Shown: positions 1 to 15,000 of the stretch, in pieces
Numbering within the stretch: the stretch's first letter is position 1
How the letters are laid out: each line of letters starts with the position of its first letter
Assembly: GCA_964035545.1 (NCBI GenBank)
Contig: OZ037767.1
Location: forward strand, 7,946,581-8,010,580
Length of the DNA: 64,000 nt
DNA from: Bugula neritina
Lineage: Eukaryota; Animalia; Bryozoa
Reading direction: 5' to 3'
Notes under the pieces: model-generated
The model's input: only the letters and a program-made list of their open reading frames with translations
The model's database searches: none
What the model was told of the DNA's origin: nothing
Program-made: the position numbers and the translations under genes

Positions 1-3000
1 TCAGCTCTCCAGACCCTCACTACTGGTGTAGATAGTCTATGTGAGTTTCTAGACCAGATAGTGAAGTTATACAGCTGACCTCCATCTAAATACACTGTAT
101 AGGATGTATTATCAGTCTCTTCAGTAGTTTCTGTGTTGTTCTTATTGTAGGTGTATGATATTGTGCCATGGCAGTTCACTCTACTAGGAGGCTAAAAATT
201 AAATGAATTAATTATTCTAAATCTCCTTATATTTGATAGATATTTACACACACTCACACACTCACACAAAATGAGAGTGCCCTTGCACCCAATTTGTCTC
301 TACAACATCAGTCACACTTCAATTGATTGATTCCTTTAGTATGTACAGTAGGTGTATACAACAATTATAGCTCATGAGTGATTTCAGTCAACTTATTACA
401 CATGCACTCCTACACAATGTTTTAGCTAGTTTTCACAATTTAGCTGCCAATTTGTATATGGACCGGCTTTTGCCTTAAACTAAAAGCATATTAACAAACA
501 CAACTAAATAGTTAAAATGTTTATTTTAGTTTCCCTTGGTTTCTTGTGTTTTTTCTGAATCATTTATTGAATAAGGATTTGTGAAGCATGATGGTTTTTT
601 TCATCACAGTTTGAAAATATATCATTAGTTCATATGACAATGACGTTGCGCTTTAATCTTGCAGCATACTTTCCCAGTTTTTGCATGCTATAATGTGCAT
701 AGTTATAATCAGCTAGCACATAAAAATGCCTCATGTATATATAGCAATTTTTATGAATTCTGAGCAAACTTCAAGTTTTGGTCCTAACTTGCTAATCTGT
801 AGCTAATAAATAAAGTTAAATTACTCTCCATAAGCAACCTGCAATTAGAAGTTTGACCTACATATGGTTTTTAGTATAACTCGGATCATAGATACATTTG
901 AATTATACAATCTATATACAAAAAACTGTTTTACATATAAAAGTACATTTTTCAAAATCTCCTTATAGGAAATATAATTTATTGTTTAGTTTTTCATTTA
1001 CATGCATATACTAATATGTGCATACACCAATACACCTATAAAATTTCGACCTATATAATATAGTCTATACTAACTCAGAAATACTGAATAAAATTTGACT
1101 CAATAATGAAAAATCAACTATTTGCAAGTGGTAAAATAATTGCGATTATGACTAGTACAAAGGGGGGTAAGCTGAAACACAACTACTATTTAAAAACTGA
1201 CAACTAAAGTTGGGTTGAATAACTACTTATAATAAGTGATGTAAAAAGTTTCTATGTAAATATTTCTATTTTTTCATCCAATATAAGAATCTCAAATGTT
1301 TATCTAAATGAATTATTTTTCAGAGGTTGCATTTAAACCTTTTGACTAAACTAAAATATAAGGACTTTTCAAGTTGAGTTATTGTAGTTTATATGAGCTA
1401 ATAGGGTCACTATAATATATGCCAGAACACCTTAATTTATATAACTTGGGTAATATAGAAACTCACATTCCATGTAATGGTGTATTTCCAAGTTTCTCTG
1501 CCCAGCTCTTCAGATTTTTCCTTGAATATATCACTTATGGATACTACATCTGGTGGGTCTGAATCTATAGAATACACATACATTTATTATTCATTATGCA
1601 TATACTACAATATAATGCTAGGAAAAAATAATGATGGATTAAAATCATCTCAATTAATAATATTGAGGTGAGGAAGAGACAACTATGCGAATTGGTTATG
1701 AAAGCACATTATTACAAATAGATTGATTATAGGTTTAATAATTTCAAAAATTATTATTTGAACTTTTATTAAGAAGTTTTTTAATGGCATGATTTTGACT
1801 GAAATAAAATCAAGATTTTTTAATTCTATCGGAGAATTGGCTGAAGTAATTTGTTCAGTCGATTCAACAATAGGTTGGAAAAAGCAGCTTCAAATTGAAA
1901 TGGTATATTTTTAGCTATAATCATAACTAGTAATGATACATGCACTCACTTGCACAACTAGTATATGCTGATCTTGTGTCTATCTGACTAGGTCCATTTT
2001 TTATCAGTACAGCCACCGTACAAGTCACATTGGTGTATGGCTGGTAGTTACATGAAGATCTAGTGAAAGATTTGTCATTCCCTGTCACAATGATCCACTC
2101 CTTGTCGGTACAATTCCACTAAAGTTTGCAAAAAATGTAAAAGAACTTAGTATTTCATACATTGTTAGAAAATATAAAGGTTCTATCGTTGAAACATTAT
2201 AAACACATAGTTTTATGTAAATATTCAAGTTAGAAAAATTACCACACAGCTTTCAAAACTATTAAACAAAATTTAATTATGTTACTAAAAATAGAAACTA
2301 CCATACCTCATATCTGGCTATGGATTCTCCTGCTACCAGTTGTGGCTGACTCCAGGTAAACTCCATGCAGTCAGAAGAAGTGTTGGTTAGTTGAGAGTTG
2401 AGGGATTTGGTTAAAGAATCTTTAAACAACAATTATAGTTGTTAGAAAAGTAACATTATACAACTTTGGTTATTCAAAAATAATAGTTGACATACACAGT
2501 TGACTAGGCAACTGCTATAAGCTGCTTACATCAGGTATTCTCACTATAGCTACTGGTTTCATATAAAAAGTAAAGAATATACAGGTTTCGAGAAACTGTT
2601 TTGGTAAAAACATTATTATAAGCTATTTTAATTGAAAAAAGAAATTAACATTCTATCTTAAATAAATACACACAATAGAAAGAAGAAAAGTCTATTTCTC
2701 ATAAGTAAGATAATAATTAACACTCATTGTTTCACCAATTATAATAATAATAATTAGTATAGTATTACTTACTTGACTCATACACCGTTACTTCTGTCAA
2801 AGAGAGAGGCTCAGTACTCTCACTGTACACAGCAACATGTCTTGCAGATATCAGTGGACTAAACTTTATGATTCTAACGGGTCCATATGCTTTACTATTG
2901 GGACCATCTCTTACTGTCCAGGTGGTAGCACTTAAAGATGGTGGACCAGGTGAATAGACATCTGATGTCAACACTGATATCTTCACAAGTCTGTAATCTT

Positions 3001-6000
3001 TAAAAAGAATATAGAGCTAGCAAAACATCCATACTGAGGAAAAGATGTCATTTCAGCATCGTCATATTATATAAGACAAATGTAATGCTTATAATACTTC
3101 TACAAGAAATAAATGGAATAATGAACTAATTGCAGTGAACAGATAATGTATCATTACTAAAAAAATTAATATTTTACTCCACCAGTCTCTCAGACTATAA
3201 CTTTCACTGGAAGTATTTTTTGGCAATGCCTACTTTTTAATTACTGAACAATTATTAAGCAATAATTTAATGCATTTCAATGATTCACATGCAAATTTGT
3301 TGCTACAACAAATAAAGCAAAAAGTAAATAATAACAATCAAGTCAGTAAAAAGCCTCAAACTATTGCTCAGTTTTACTCATATTATATATTGCCTGACCA
3401 CAACACAGGTACAGCACATGCACAAACTTTGTTAACAGCCATTCAAATGCAAATTAATTTAAGCCATCTCACTGCAAATTAGGAATAAAAAGAAATATTT
3501 TATTCAATTTTGTCACCTTCAACTTATTGTCGCTCAACTTCATGCGTATTCATTTCATTCGTTAACTATTTTATTATAACTACATTTAGTGTCCTTTTTG
3601 TAATATTTAAATGTTGAATTGCAGCAACCAAGTTACTTATAAATTTGTGCTTTTAAGCATAATTGCAGTCTTCTACTCTTTTTCAAATTTGAAGCAAATC
3701 TAGACAATTTTAAAACATTACTGCATGTATGCTTTAGTTGTTTTTAGTAATAATTGCAGAATGATTACCAAAAAATACCGCATGAATAAAACATGCGGTA
3801 ATATGTATTTTGAAATTGCTTAGACTTGTTCTAAATTTAAAAAGAAACACAAATATATAAAAAAAATGAGTAAACTTACAATACTTGGCAGCTTCTCCAG
3901 GATCTCCCAACCTGTTGTATAACTCTATTCTACCAATATGATAAGATATTCCAAGGTCTAGCCTCCACCACTTGTCTCCACTGTTACTACCTGATGAGTG
4001 AGTGAAGTCACTTACCACATCAATTATTTCATTAACTGCTAAACTTGCTGGATAAGCTATAGCAGGATTAAAATTATCCAGCTGGTGAGTATACTTCTTA
4101 TAGGCGATGTTGCAGCTTCCTAAAACGGTTATAATAATGCTAGATTAGCTAACTTTAAATGCAACCTACTATTTATTGTTTACTCATTATATATCCCCGT
4201 AAATTTTTGAATGCATGGTTATCATAAACAAAAAACATGGGCTAAATGTTCATGTTGTTTTATATTTTCCTAGTTTAATTATTTTATTATACTTCTAGTT
4301 TTTATAAAGAGTAACTGTGAGAGGCTTATGTAGACTAACTGACCATATTATAGCTGAAGTTCTATAGCCGCTGTCACTTTAACATAAATTATAAAATAGA
4401 CAATTCTGAGAAAGTGCTTGTAACAGCTGATCTACTACCCAAGATCAAAAACCCATGTAACTGAGTACATTTTGAGTAAACTAAACAAAATAACTATACT
4501 AAACGTTTATGGATAAGTGTGCATCAAACTCAAACAAGCCTATACATTATTGTTTTCAAGTTTATTGTTTAAGGGTTAAACAAATATAGGAAAATTTTAT
4601 AGTCTGCATGGCAGTCCCACCATGAGAACACTAATATAGGTGTCAATGCTATAGAAGCTATACAAAAAATGTGTCCTATAAACCCTCTATGCCAAATTTG
4701 AACATTTTAATAGCTTTTTTTATATATTAATTTAATTAATTTATCCTATGCTAACTCCAGTTCCGCCTAAATTGATTATGAAACTTTTTTTACTAATGCA
4801 AAGTTCCTTCAGCAAAAAAAGAATTATAGTTTAGATTATTATATTAAAACAAACAATAAATAAAGTTTATTGTTATACTAAAAAGAATAATCACTAATGT
4901 ATTGGTTGAGTGATAACTATTTGAATATATAGCATATAAAGAACTTTTACTTAAAATTATGCTAACCACATATTGGAAATTTTTAACTTATTAGAAGTAC
5001 CTGTATTTCCTGTTTGTATAGTCTGACTCACTTCCTGGCTAGCATCTCCTGCTACTACAGCCATTACAGTACACGTGACCTGTGTAGAGGGGGTAACTCC
5101 ACAAGCTCTTGCAAATGTTACGTCAGAAGATACACTGGCCCAGTTGTGACCACCGCATTTATGCTACAAATAAGCATACCAATAAATATAGAATAACTTT
5201 TTTAAGTATTGAACATTTGTAGTATGAAAATTTACAAAGTTTTTCTTCAATTTTTGTTGTGAACAACTAATTAGGATTACTATACAATTCAGAGGTATTG
5301 GCTGAGTGTTGCCTTGTTTTTCAGAAATAATGTTGCAAATCGGTGACTTGAGAGTTGCTTACTCTTGTTTTTATCTAGATTAATGCTCAGGAACTATCTT
5401 CATGTGTTGTAAGATATATTCCTCTCAAGTTTTGAGATATAGAAGCCAATGCTAGAATAGTTGGGCGGAAGTACTATAGAGTCATATAATTGACAGAATG
5501 AAAAAATAAAATAAACATCTAATATTAAACTTATAGTATAGAAACGATACTGTCTTATAATAGCGCAGTTGGCAGTTGGCTCTCGCAGAGGGAGGTTGTG
5601 TTTTCAATGCTCTCTGTAATGCTTTTACTGTTGACATTGTGGCGCAGTTATTGCAGCCTTTGTTTATGCTGGCTTATAATCACCCTCATTTACAAGCCAA
5701 GAGGAGTGAAAGGCCTTGAACATATTATTATGGATTATCAAGCTCTGTTGGATATTAAAAGCTCTATGACTCGACATCAGCTGAAAGATATTTGGAACAC
5801 TAACTACAAACACGCAGTAGGGGTAACGGGGGGGGGGGCACAACGGTCATAGGGGTACAAAAAGACGGCCGAATTGTGAGAGAACTTATTGACTTAGAGT
5901 TGTGATTTTTTCTCCATAAAAAGATATTGACATAATTATTTAGCCTTTGTAGTTTCAACACTTGCGGAACATACGTGTTGAAAAGGCGAGTAAAAAACTG

Positions 6001-9000
6001 TTTTTACCTACTTTTTGTAAATTTTTTAGGATGTCGTTGAAGCCTTATAACTTTTTACACTCAAAGGCAAGAAGCCTAGATTTTACTAATATTGTTGCCA
6101 TTGCTTGTCTCTACAATGCTTAACTATTATAACAGCAAACACTGAAATGAATTTTCCTTGAGGCACATTTATTTTCTATTTGGCCACACGGGGCACAATG
6201 GGCCACGCTGACCGGGGCACAATGGGCCACCTGGTTATTGCACCCTGATCACTGTTATTAGTTTCTTTGCCCAAAAATTTGGTTGAAATGTTACTAAAAT
6301 CTATAGATATAGCCATTTCTGACCTTTTTGTAAAATATCAAAGACATCATGGTAAGACTACAAAACTACAAGTTAAAGCTCTCCTAATACATACATCTGG
6401 TGAGGTTGAAGCTTTGCCATTTTATACATAATACAAAACACTCTGCTGTTGCTACTTGTAGATAGTCATGATAATCATTATATATTACACCATTGAGAGA
6501 ATATACATGCATTTGACTGAAATAAATTGTGATTTGCTAATTTGCTCCCCCCTCTCCCATCCGTACTCCAGTCACAAACCTCAGCCATGCATGCACCTTA
6601 GCTACAGTTCATTGAAACAAGTTCACTCAGAATTTTGTAGTACATTTTAGTAAAGTTTTTTTTAACAAACGTTGCTCTGAAGTAAAAATAACAAAACATT
6701 TTTAGTTTTAAACAGTAATGATAATGGCACTGCAGAACCGAATGACATGCGTTTGATTTTGCCTCCCTCTGCTATTCGTAGTGGCACAAACTGTACAGCT
6801 AAAACATGAATTTTGCTGTAGATCTGAAAGAGTATCTTTATTTATTTGTATTATTAAATAAATAAAGATTAGATATAACAAAATACGCAAAATTTCCATA
6901 TATTTGTTGTGTCCCACCCAGTGGCCCATTGTACCCCGGTACCGGGGCACAATGGGCCAATTTTTTCATCATGAAAATTTCGTTATTCTGAAAGTTGTGA
7001 AAGAGATAGAAACAACAAACTGATACCTGTAATAGACAACAGATGTAGCATTAAGAATAGAGATTATTGAACTAGTAACTTGAAAAACAGACAAATGAGA
7101 GCAACAAATGCAAAATTCGGCCCGTTGTGCCCCCGTTACCCCTAAAGGTTATTGATCCCAGACTTCTTCGATCTAGAAAGAGGGGCAAGCGTGGCGGAGT
7201 TAGAGTCAACCACAGTACTAAAACTGGTAAAGTACCACTACCTGCAGTTGTGCTCACTAATGCACAATCTGTAAGAAATAAACTCGACGAACTCCATGGT
7301 CTCCTTAAAACTAAAAGACTTAGTAACCAATCTCAGCTCATTTGTATAACAGAATCCTGGCTTACTCCAGATGTGCTACATTCAAGAACTGAGCTTGAAG
7401 GATATGAGCAGTTCCGTATGGACAGACTTCCAGATGCTAGCGGTAAAACCTGTGGAGGAGGCATTCTAGTCTATATTGACAACAAATGGTCAACAAATAA
7501 CAATCTTATATTCAACTATATGGACAATCACTGTGAAATTATGACAATTAAATCAAGACCTCACTGGCTTCCAAGAGAGTTTACTTCAATTATCACTGTT
7601 TCATGCTATACTCCCTTCACCGGTGCTTCTAGACTAAAACAAAATGCTTCATCCACAGCTAAAAAAATATCAACACATGTTAAAGAACTAGAAAAAAAGC
7701 ACCCTGATTCTTGCATTTTTGTAATGGGGGACTTTAATCAGCTTCCGATTAAACTTGATGGATACTATCAAACAGTCAAAACACCTACCCGCAACAATAA
7801 AATTCTTGATAAATGCTATATCAGAATCAAAGATGCCTTCAAACAATGCCATCAACTTGCAAAGCTTGGTGGGTCAGATCACTTTATAACACATCTCATA
7901 CCAACCTACACACCATTATCTAAATACAAACCAACTCGAGTCACCAGACTTATATATTCTGAAGAGAACTGTGAAAAGCTGAAAGCAGCATTGGACATTA
8001 CTATCTAGAGTAATCTGCTCTCTGATGATGATAACATCCATCAACAAACTGAAATTGTAACAGACTATATAAACTTCTGCACAGATATTTGCATACCCAC
8101 GAAAAGCTTCAGAACATGTACCAATCAGAAACCTTGGATTACTAAACATATTACAGAAATGATCTATCAAAAACAAGTAGCCCACAAAGAAGGAAACCGT
8201 AAACTATATAATAAGCTCAAACGTGACATCAATAGATCTATAACCAACAGCAAAGTTAATTACTCTAAGAAAATTCAACTACAATTAGTAAATCAACCAG
8301 CCAAAGCATGGACTGATATAAAGAAAATAAGTGGTCTACCACACAGCAAGACAACTACTGCTAAAGCTAACCCATTTACACCTGATGACCTAAATACCTT
8401 CTTCACCCGATATGAAAAGCCTATATCTCATCAGCCTGTTTTTGATAGAAACATTATCAGTGCACCTCCATTGGAAATATCAGAAGACGCTGTTCTCAAA
8501 CAGCTAAAGGGACTAAATTCACGAAAAGGTGCAGGTCCTGATGGTCTCATTCCGAAAGTTTTAAAAATCTGCTGCTATCAACTAGCACCTGTCTTTACAA
8601 AACTGTTTACTTTCTCCATCCAATCTAAGACAACTCCAAATTCATGGAAATCTGCAATGATCAAGCCACTTCCTAAAGTCAAAAATCCTGAACTACTTAA
8701 ACAATATCGTCCAATTGCTCTCACAAGCTGTATATGCAAAATGCTGGAAAGGCTCATCAAACACTACATTATAACTCATACACCTATGGACAAATATCAG
8801 TTCGCATATCGTACAAATCGCTCTACACAAGATGCGCTGTTATGTCTAACTACAACTGTGACAAGTTTCATTGATAAGAAAGCATCCAATTACACAAGGT
8901 GCCTCTTTCTAGACTTCTCTTCTGCATTCAATACTATATCTATTCCAGACCTCATTACGCAACTAACTCATCTTGACTCCAATGTTACTGAGTGGATTTA

Positions 9001-12000
9001 CAGCTTTCTTACAAACAGAGTACAGCGCACAGTAGTGGATGGCATAACATCAAATCCAATCATAACTAACACAGGAACTCCCCAAGGGTGCTGTTTATCT
9101 CCACTATTGTTTTCTATTTACACTAATAGGATTACCTCAAGCCAGAGCAACATCACTGTAATTAAATATGCAGATGACACTTGCATTATTGGCTGCATTG
9201 GCAAACAGTCTGATCTAAATATTTACTTTGACGAGATTAAAATAATTTCTAAGCAATGTGATGATTTAAATATATTATTAAACCCTAGCAAGACCCAAGA
9301 AATGATGTTCTCAACCCAACGTGCTAAACCTCATACCCCTACTCTCGTATTGAATGGAACAAACATTGTATTGTCTGAAAAAGTGAGATATCTTGGTGTG
9401 TTAGTGGATCAGAATTTGAGATTTCATGAACATGTACAATCAGTAGTAACAACAGCATCAAGAAGAATGTATATTGTGAAGAATTTTTCGTATCTTAGCT
9501 CTAAACCTCTAGCAAATATGCTATTCAAAAGTTTCATCATGTCCCGCATCGACTATTGTCTACCTACTATTTTTACTTGTATCTATGCCAGTGATAAAAA
9601 GGCTATTCGAAGAATTTTCAAAGATTGCTCAAAACTCGGAATTAGGTATCTAAACATTGATTTGCACATTCAGAAACTCACTAAAGAACTTGCCATCAAA
9701 TATATAACAGACAATGACCATTTCATCAATAACTTTCTTAGTCAATGCCCTTCTGGAAGATATCGAACCATCAAATATAGAGGGACATGGGGCAGAGATA
9801 GCTTCTTGCGACATCTTGTAAATACTTTAAATGAGCTTTTATTTTAAATAATCCAACAGAGTTTTGATTTTTTCTCTTATTTTTGTTCATTCCTACTTAT
9901 TATAGCCAGTATTTACACTGAATTTTGCAACGTGTTGTCATGTTTGTGATATGTAATAAATCAATCAATCAATAAAACTATTCTATCATATGAGATAAGA
10001 AGAAATTTATAAATATAAGCACCTGTTGATCAATGAATCTTTCATAGGTTAGTTCATGTAGAAAATACCAAAGATTCTTTAGTTGGACAATAAATATTAT
10101 TATAGTAATTGCAACGATGGAACTTACTTTAGAAAATGTTCATCATATACAATGAACACATATATACTTACTGTATATAATAAAATTATAAATTTGATTT
10201 ATACCATGATAACTTTGAAAGGAAATAGGTTTTTATCAGTATAGAAACACTGGTTATATACCAACTAATTTTTATATACATATATATTATAAAACGGGTT
10301 GAAAAACTTACCATATATGATTTAACGAACAATTTCCAGCTGTTTTAATTAAATGTTGAACTATAAGCCAAACTACCTTTTGACAAACTTAAATCTCACA
10401 TTTACTAAATCTTCCGTTTTTTTATACTTTTAAACTATAATTATATTACATGGCCCATATTAATTACCTCATATCTTAAAATGTTTCCATTAGTTCCTTG
10501 TAATGCTGTCCATTCCAAATCAATACAGGTGCTGCCACATGGTGAAAGAGTCAGGGTTAATGATCCATCCCATGATGCTGCCAAATATAAGATGACAGAA
10601 ATAAACACTGTTACCATAATCAAACTGTATTTATATTCAGCGAGAAGTTTTTATTAGGGCACTCAACATAACACAAAAATAACGTAAGTTTACAGTCACG
10701 TCCCTGTGAGAAACCTCTGATGGAACGGTTTTTGTTTGTTAAATTGAGCTACGGTCTTATTCAGATGGGGAACAAGAGCAATTACATGACTGGATGCTCT
10801 TTCTAACAGCCCAAATGGTCTTTGTGCGGGCTCGAATCCATGACTTCATACTTACTATAGGCAAACGCTTTAACCCCTAGACCATAACTGCTCCCACACT
10901 CAACGTAGCTGAGTAATGAGAAAACATTAAAAATGTATGTTGCAGTGTACTTTTTAAAAAAAAAATTATATTTGTTACCAGTTTGTCAATTAAATGCTAA
11001 AACCATATCAATATGATTATGTGAGTATACAAGATTCAACAAATCGATAGTGAAGCAGAATCAAGCAATTGAGAATAGCATTATTTTTAATCTGTAAAAT
11101 GGTGGCAAGGTTTCAGGCTGTTAGTGTTACGTCATATGCAAGACCTTTATCATTATATTATATTTTAATCTATTATAATAGTTCATCGACTGGGATACAT
11201 CACTGAAATGGCAATGGTTGCTTTTCAGCTGAAAATTATTTTTGCTCACTGCACAACTACTCATATAATGAGCTTTCAAGTAGAATGGAGTTGACATTCT
11301 TCAAAGGGCAGAGTTTGTTAACTTTGATAAATCTGTTTTGCTAGCAATCCAGTGTTACTAAAATTATTTACTGCAAGACATATAGATTGCAAATGACAGT
11401 ATATGGATTTGATACAATTGATCTTTTACCTGATACATAAATTTCCACTTCGGTAAGAGCCAAAGTACTGTTAGGTGTAGACCTGTATACAGCTATATAT
11501 CTGGCATATATCTGTGGGTTGAACAGTATGATACCAACTGGACCATAAGGTTCAACTTGATAGCTCTGCTCTGTCCACTGCAAGCAGTTGCGACATGGTG
11601 GAACTGAGTTTGTTGTTGATGTCAGAATAGAGATGTTTTGAAGCCTGTTATCTAAATAAAATGACAGGAGCAGTATATGATATAGTAAATTAAAAACAGG
11701 TAGCAACTAATCAAATCTTACTAAAAAGCATAGTAAAGAGTAGTAACTAGTAAGTAAATCAATTTTTATTGAATAAAGCTTATAGGCTACTGAAAATTGT
11801 TGTAATATGCTAAGATCCACCTACATAGTTGATCACAGTTTTAGAATCAAGGCAATTCAGTTTGCGTGAAATACATGTAAAATATGTATAAATTGGTCAA
11901 TACTTGTGCTGAGTGCTCTATAATCAATGCGATGCTTTTAACCCTGTAAAAAGTGTCAGGGGGTAAGAATAAGTACTACAAATATGCTTTTCAAAATTTA

Positions 12001-15000
12001 AACCAAGAGTCGTTCAACTTGAGATTATATATACTAACAGTACAGGCCTTCAGAATTTTCTCCTTGTCTGTTAAACAGCTCTATTCTTCTGATAAAGTAT
12101 TCACTGTGTAGATCCATTCTCCACCAGGAACCATTATTTAACTTTGTGTGCGAAAAATCATCATAGTTTCCATTATTTCCTTTTGAGGGATAAAATGCTT
12201 CCTCGTCTTGTAGAGAGTTGAGTTGATCAGCAGTTCCTTGCTTTGCAATATTTACAGGTTCTAAAACAGAGTTTGGGAAAGAAATTATTTATCATGCAAA
12301 TGCTTTTATATCCATTTCTATGTAGAATGACTTTTAAGCCGAAGTGTAACACTAATTGAATTTACATGCCACTAACTAAGAGCTCAGCTAGTTTGATTTC
12401 ATGACAGAAGAAAAAAAACTACTTTTGATAAGATATCAAATATAAAACTATACTATAATTTTTGGCTATTCACAGCTTATAGAGCTTTTGTGATTACAGC
12501 CTATTGCTGGAAAACAGAACTCATTCCATCACAATTGAACCAGCAGAGAATAAGCCCAATAAGTTTACTAAGGTTTTACTTTTAGACTTTAGCTAAAATT
12601 ATTATTGGTGTATTAGTCTGTTAGCCATCTATTGGCGGTATATACATAACATATATAATTTGATAAATATATTAGAAATTGCTTTGAAATAATTAGAACC
12701 CAGAGTCCAGTTAAAACTTTTGGATAAGCAAATTTATATATGAACTCTCAGATCAATAAGGGAGAGACCCTTTATTTTCACGGCATGGTTCGAAGCAGGT
12801 GAATAAAGAAAACAATCATCAACTCACTTGCGCTGCCAGTAGTAATGGCTGCACTCTTTTGCTGACTTTCACCCGAGTTTACCACAGCAATGACTGTACA
12901 CACAACATCAGTCTCCTCTCTATATCCACTTACAGTTACTGGCAACTCTTCACTAACATTGTGAACTATCCATTCTTTACCAGTACATTTGTACTACAAG
13001 TTTATTAAAGCAAAGAGTTAAGATATCTATATCACCTATATATCATACCATACACCCAGCATCCAGGTTTAGTTATTGTGATGGTATTTTTGGTGAACAA
13101 TTAAAATGCTACTATAAAATTTGAATACTAAAAATTCAAGTCTGACTTTTGGCAATATCAAAATGATAGACATTTAAATGTGTTCTGTGTTATCGGGAGA
13201 AGCAGCAGCAGCACTAAAATTATAATGCTTCTCCTCACTACTGACCTGTATACTGTGAACATAAACTATCTTGCTTAATCATATAATCTTAATTGACAGT
13301 TTGTTTTCAGTAAAAGCATAAGTGCAGCTTTTAATTTTGAATATCAAGTAAGTGTTTTTGCTTCATTCCGCTAAAAAAGTAAGATATTCACAGTTTTATT
13401 ATGTGACTTCCTTATAAAGATTTTAAAAACAAACTGCTATAACTTTTCATCATTTTACACACAAAATTTTTAAATAACTTAAAAGAAGACAACTCATCTA
13501 ACAAATACTGACAGAATTTATTTTGCTTCTCACATAAATAGCTTTTGCTTACCTCATAACGTGCAACATTTTGAGCTGTAACGGGTGTCCAGGTGAGTGT
13601 CACACTGTCTACATCATTACTAGCAAGTGTAAGGTTTAAAGATGAGAGTTGAAAAGCTGCAAGTAATAATGATGTTTTTTTTATTCTGCTCATCACTTTA
13701 TGTGGGAATTATTCAAACGTCTGCACAAAACCTATTTTTTTCAAATTCATAAATAATTTTTAACAACTATTGCATGTATATATCAAGCAAGTATATTATA
13801 TGCAACATGAAGCCAAAAATCGAAACCTTTATCATATGTGACCCAGGCAGTCAGAAAAGCACTTTGTGACAAAATTCACATTTTTAGTTAATGCTTGATT
13901 CTTATTTGCCTCATTATACTGATTGATTTGCACTTTAAATTTTTGAAATCGGACCACTATTATAATAGTAGTCCGATTTCAAAAATTTAAACTGCAAATC
14001 AATCAGTATAAATAGGCAATTAAGAATCAAGCATTAACTGAAAATGTGAATTTTGTCACAAAGTGCTTTTCTGACTGCCTGGGTCACATATACTAAGTCT
14101 TATAAATACATTTTATAAAGCTATCAGCTGAAAAATATTATTTTGGCATCCCCAATATTTATTAACAGGTATATGTTATACTTTGACAGCCTTTCATGAT
14201 GCCGAAAACTATTCTAAGTTCACTTTAGATGTATTTGTAAAAAATTTTGAGCTTTCGATAGAGATTAATTTTCAATTCAATGAGTTAGTCTAGAAATTTT
14301 TTCAATTAGTTGTTTAGATTCCAGCAAAATGTTAAACCAAAGTGCAATTAATTTTTTCTTTTTCAATTGAATGTCGGTGGATCATTAAAAAAAATATGTA
14401 TAACCCAAATTACTCTGCATGCAAAGATATATGAGGCAACTATAGAACAGTCTAGACTCTAAACTCTAGTACATTGAAGTTATTTATTGAAATCACCTCA
14501 TTTTGTTTGCATTCTACAAGCATATAAAAATATCCTATGCTTTTTCATCTGTTCAGTTTTAAAAAAAACTCACATGAGTTATATACTTCCACTTGTGCTA
14601 AAGCCAGCTGAGCATTATTCTTACTAAACACAGCCACCCATGTAGCTGACACTGGAGGGTTGAGCTGTATGATGCCAACAGGTCCATAAGGTTTTTCCTG
14701 ATAACTTTGAATAGTCCAATACTGAGATGTTAGTGAAGGGTAATAAGCTGTATTACCTTTTACAAACACAGCATTTGAAGTAAGAATGTATATCTTTGCC
14801 AAATCATCATCTGTAATCAAATGAATGGAGTGATTTATTGTAACAGTCATAGCATCTTTGTTTTATCCCTTAGTAATAATCTATTATTTAACTATTCTGT
14901 TATTCTTATATGCATATTATAGTTCTATAGGATATGAAATACAAAGTTGCAAGTTACACAGTCCATCATAGTCATTAAATATAAATTGAATTTCATTTCA

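Larger units (their letters stand above)
5563..9970 (+). mobile_element. Apparently full-length Rex1/Babar-clade LINE (APE endonuclease + RT) in gene A intron 8, antisense to the host gene
   Basis: Motifs RKRGKRGG, PLP..LTNAQS..NKLDEL, ITESWL, GDFN, SDH, NQKPWIT, FLDFSSAFNTI, GTPQG, KYADD. AATAAA+(TCAA)n 3' tail and AATA target duplication. The empty site is visible in gene B at about 33880-33900 (ctgtcttgcaataaaactat). Confidence 0.92.

Noticed and set aside
5014-5196. Antisense ORFs over real exons (also 1477-1671, 12799-13008, 26531-26731, 27128-27373, 33364-33573, 36798-36980, 52852-53061)
   Set aside because: Shadow frames of coding exons on the opposite strand.
6708-6950. 80-aa ORF present in both copies of the 1.3-kb element (also 32653-32895)
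   Set aside because: Starts at GTG inside the palindromic repeat, has many amino-acid differences between copies and no transposase motif. Best explained as shared repeat sequence.
10830-10896. Possible tRNA genes (also 39094-39165 and 18836-18910)
   Set aside because: They have A/B boxes but no full cloverleaf. The first two continue into a shared SINE body with TSDs.
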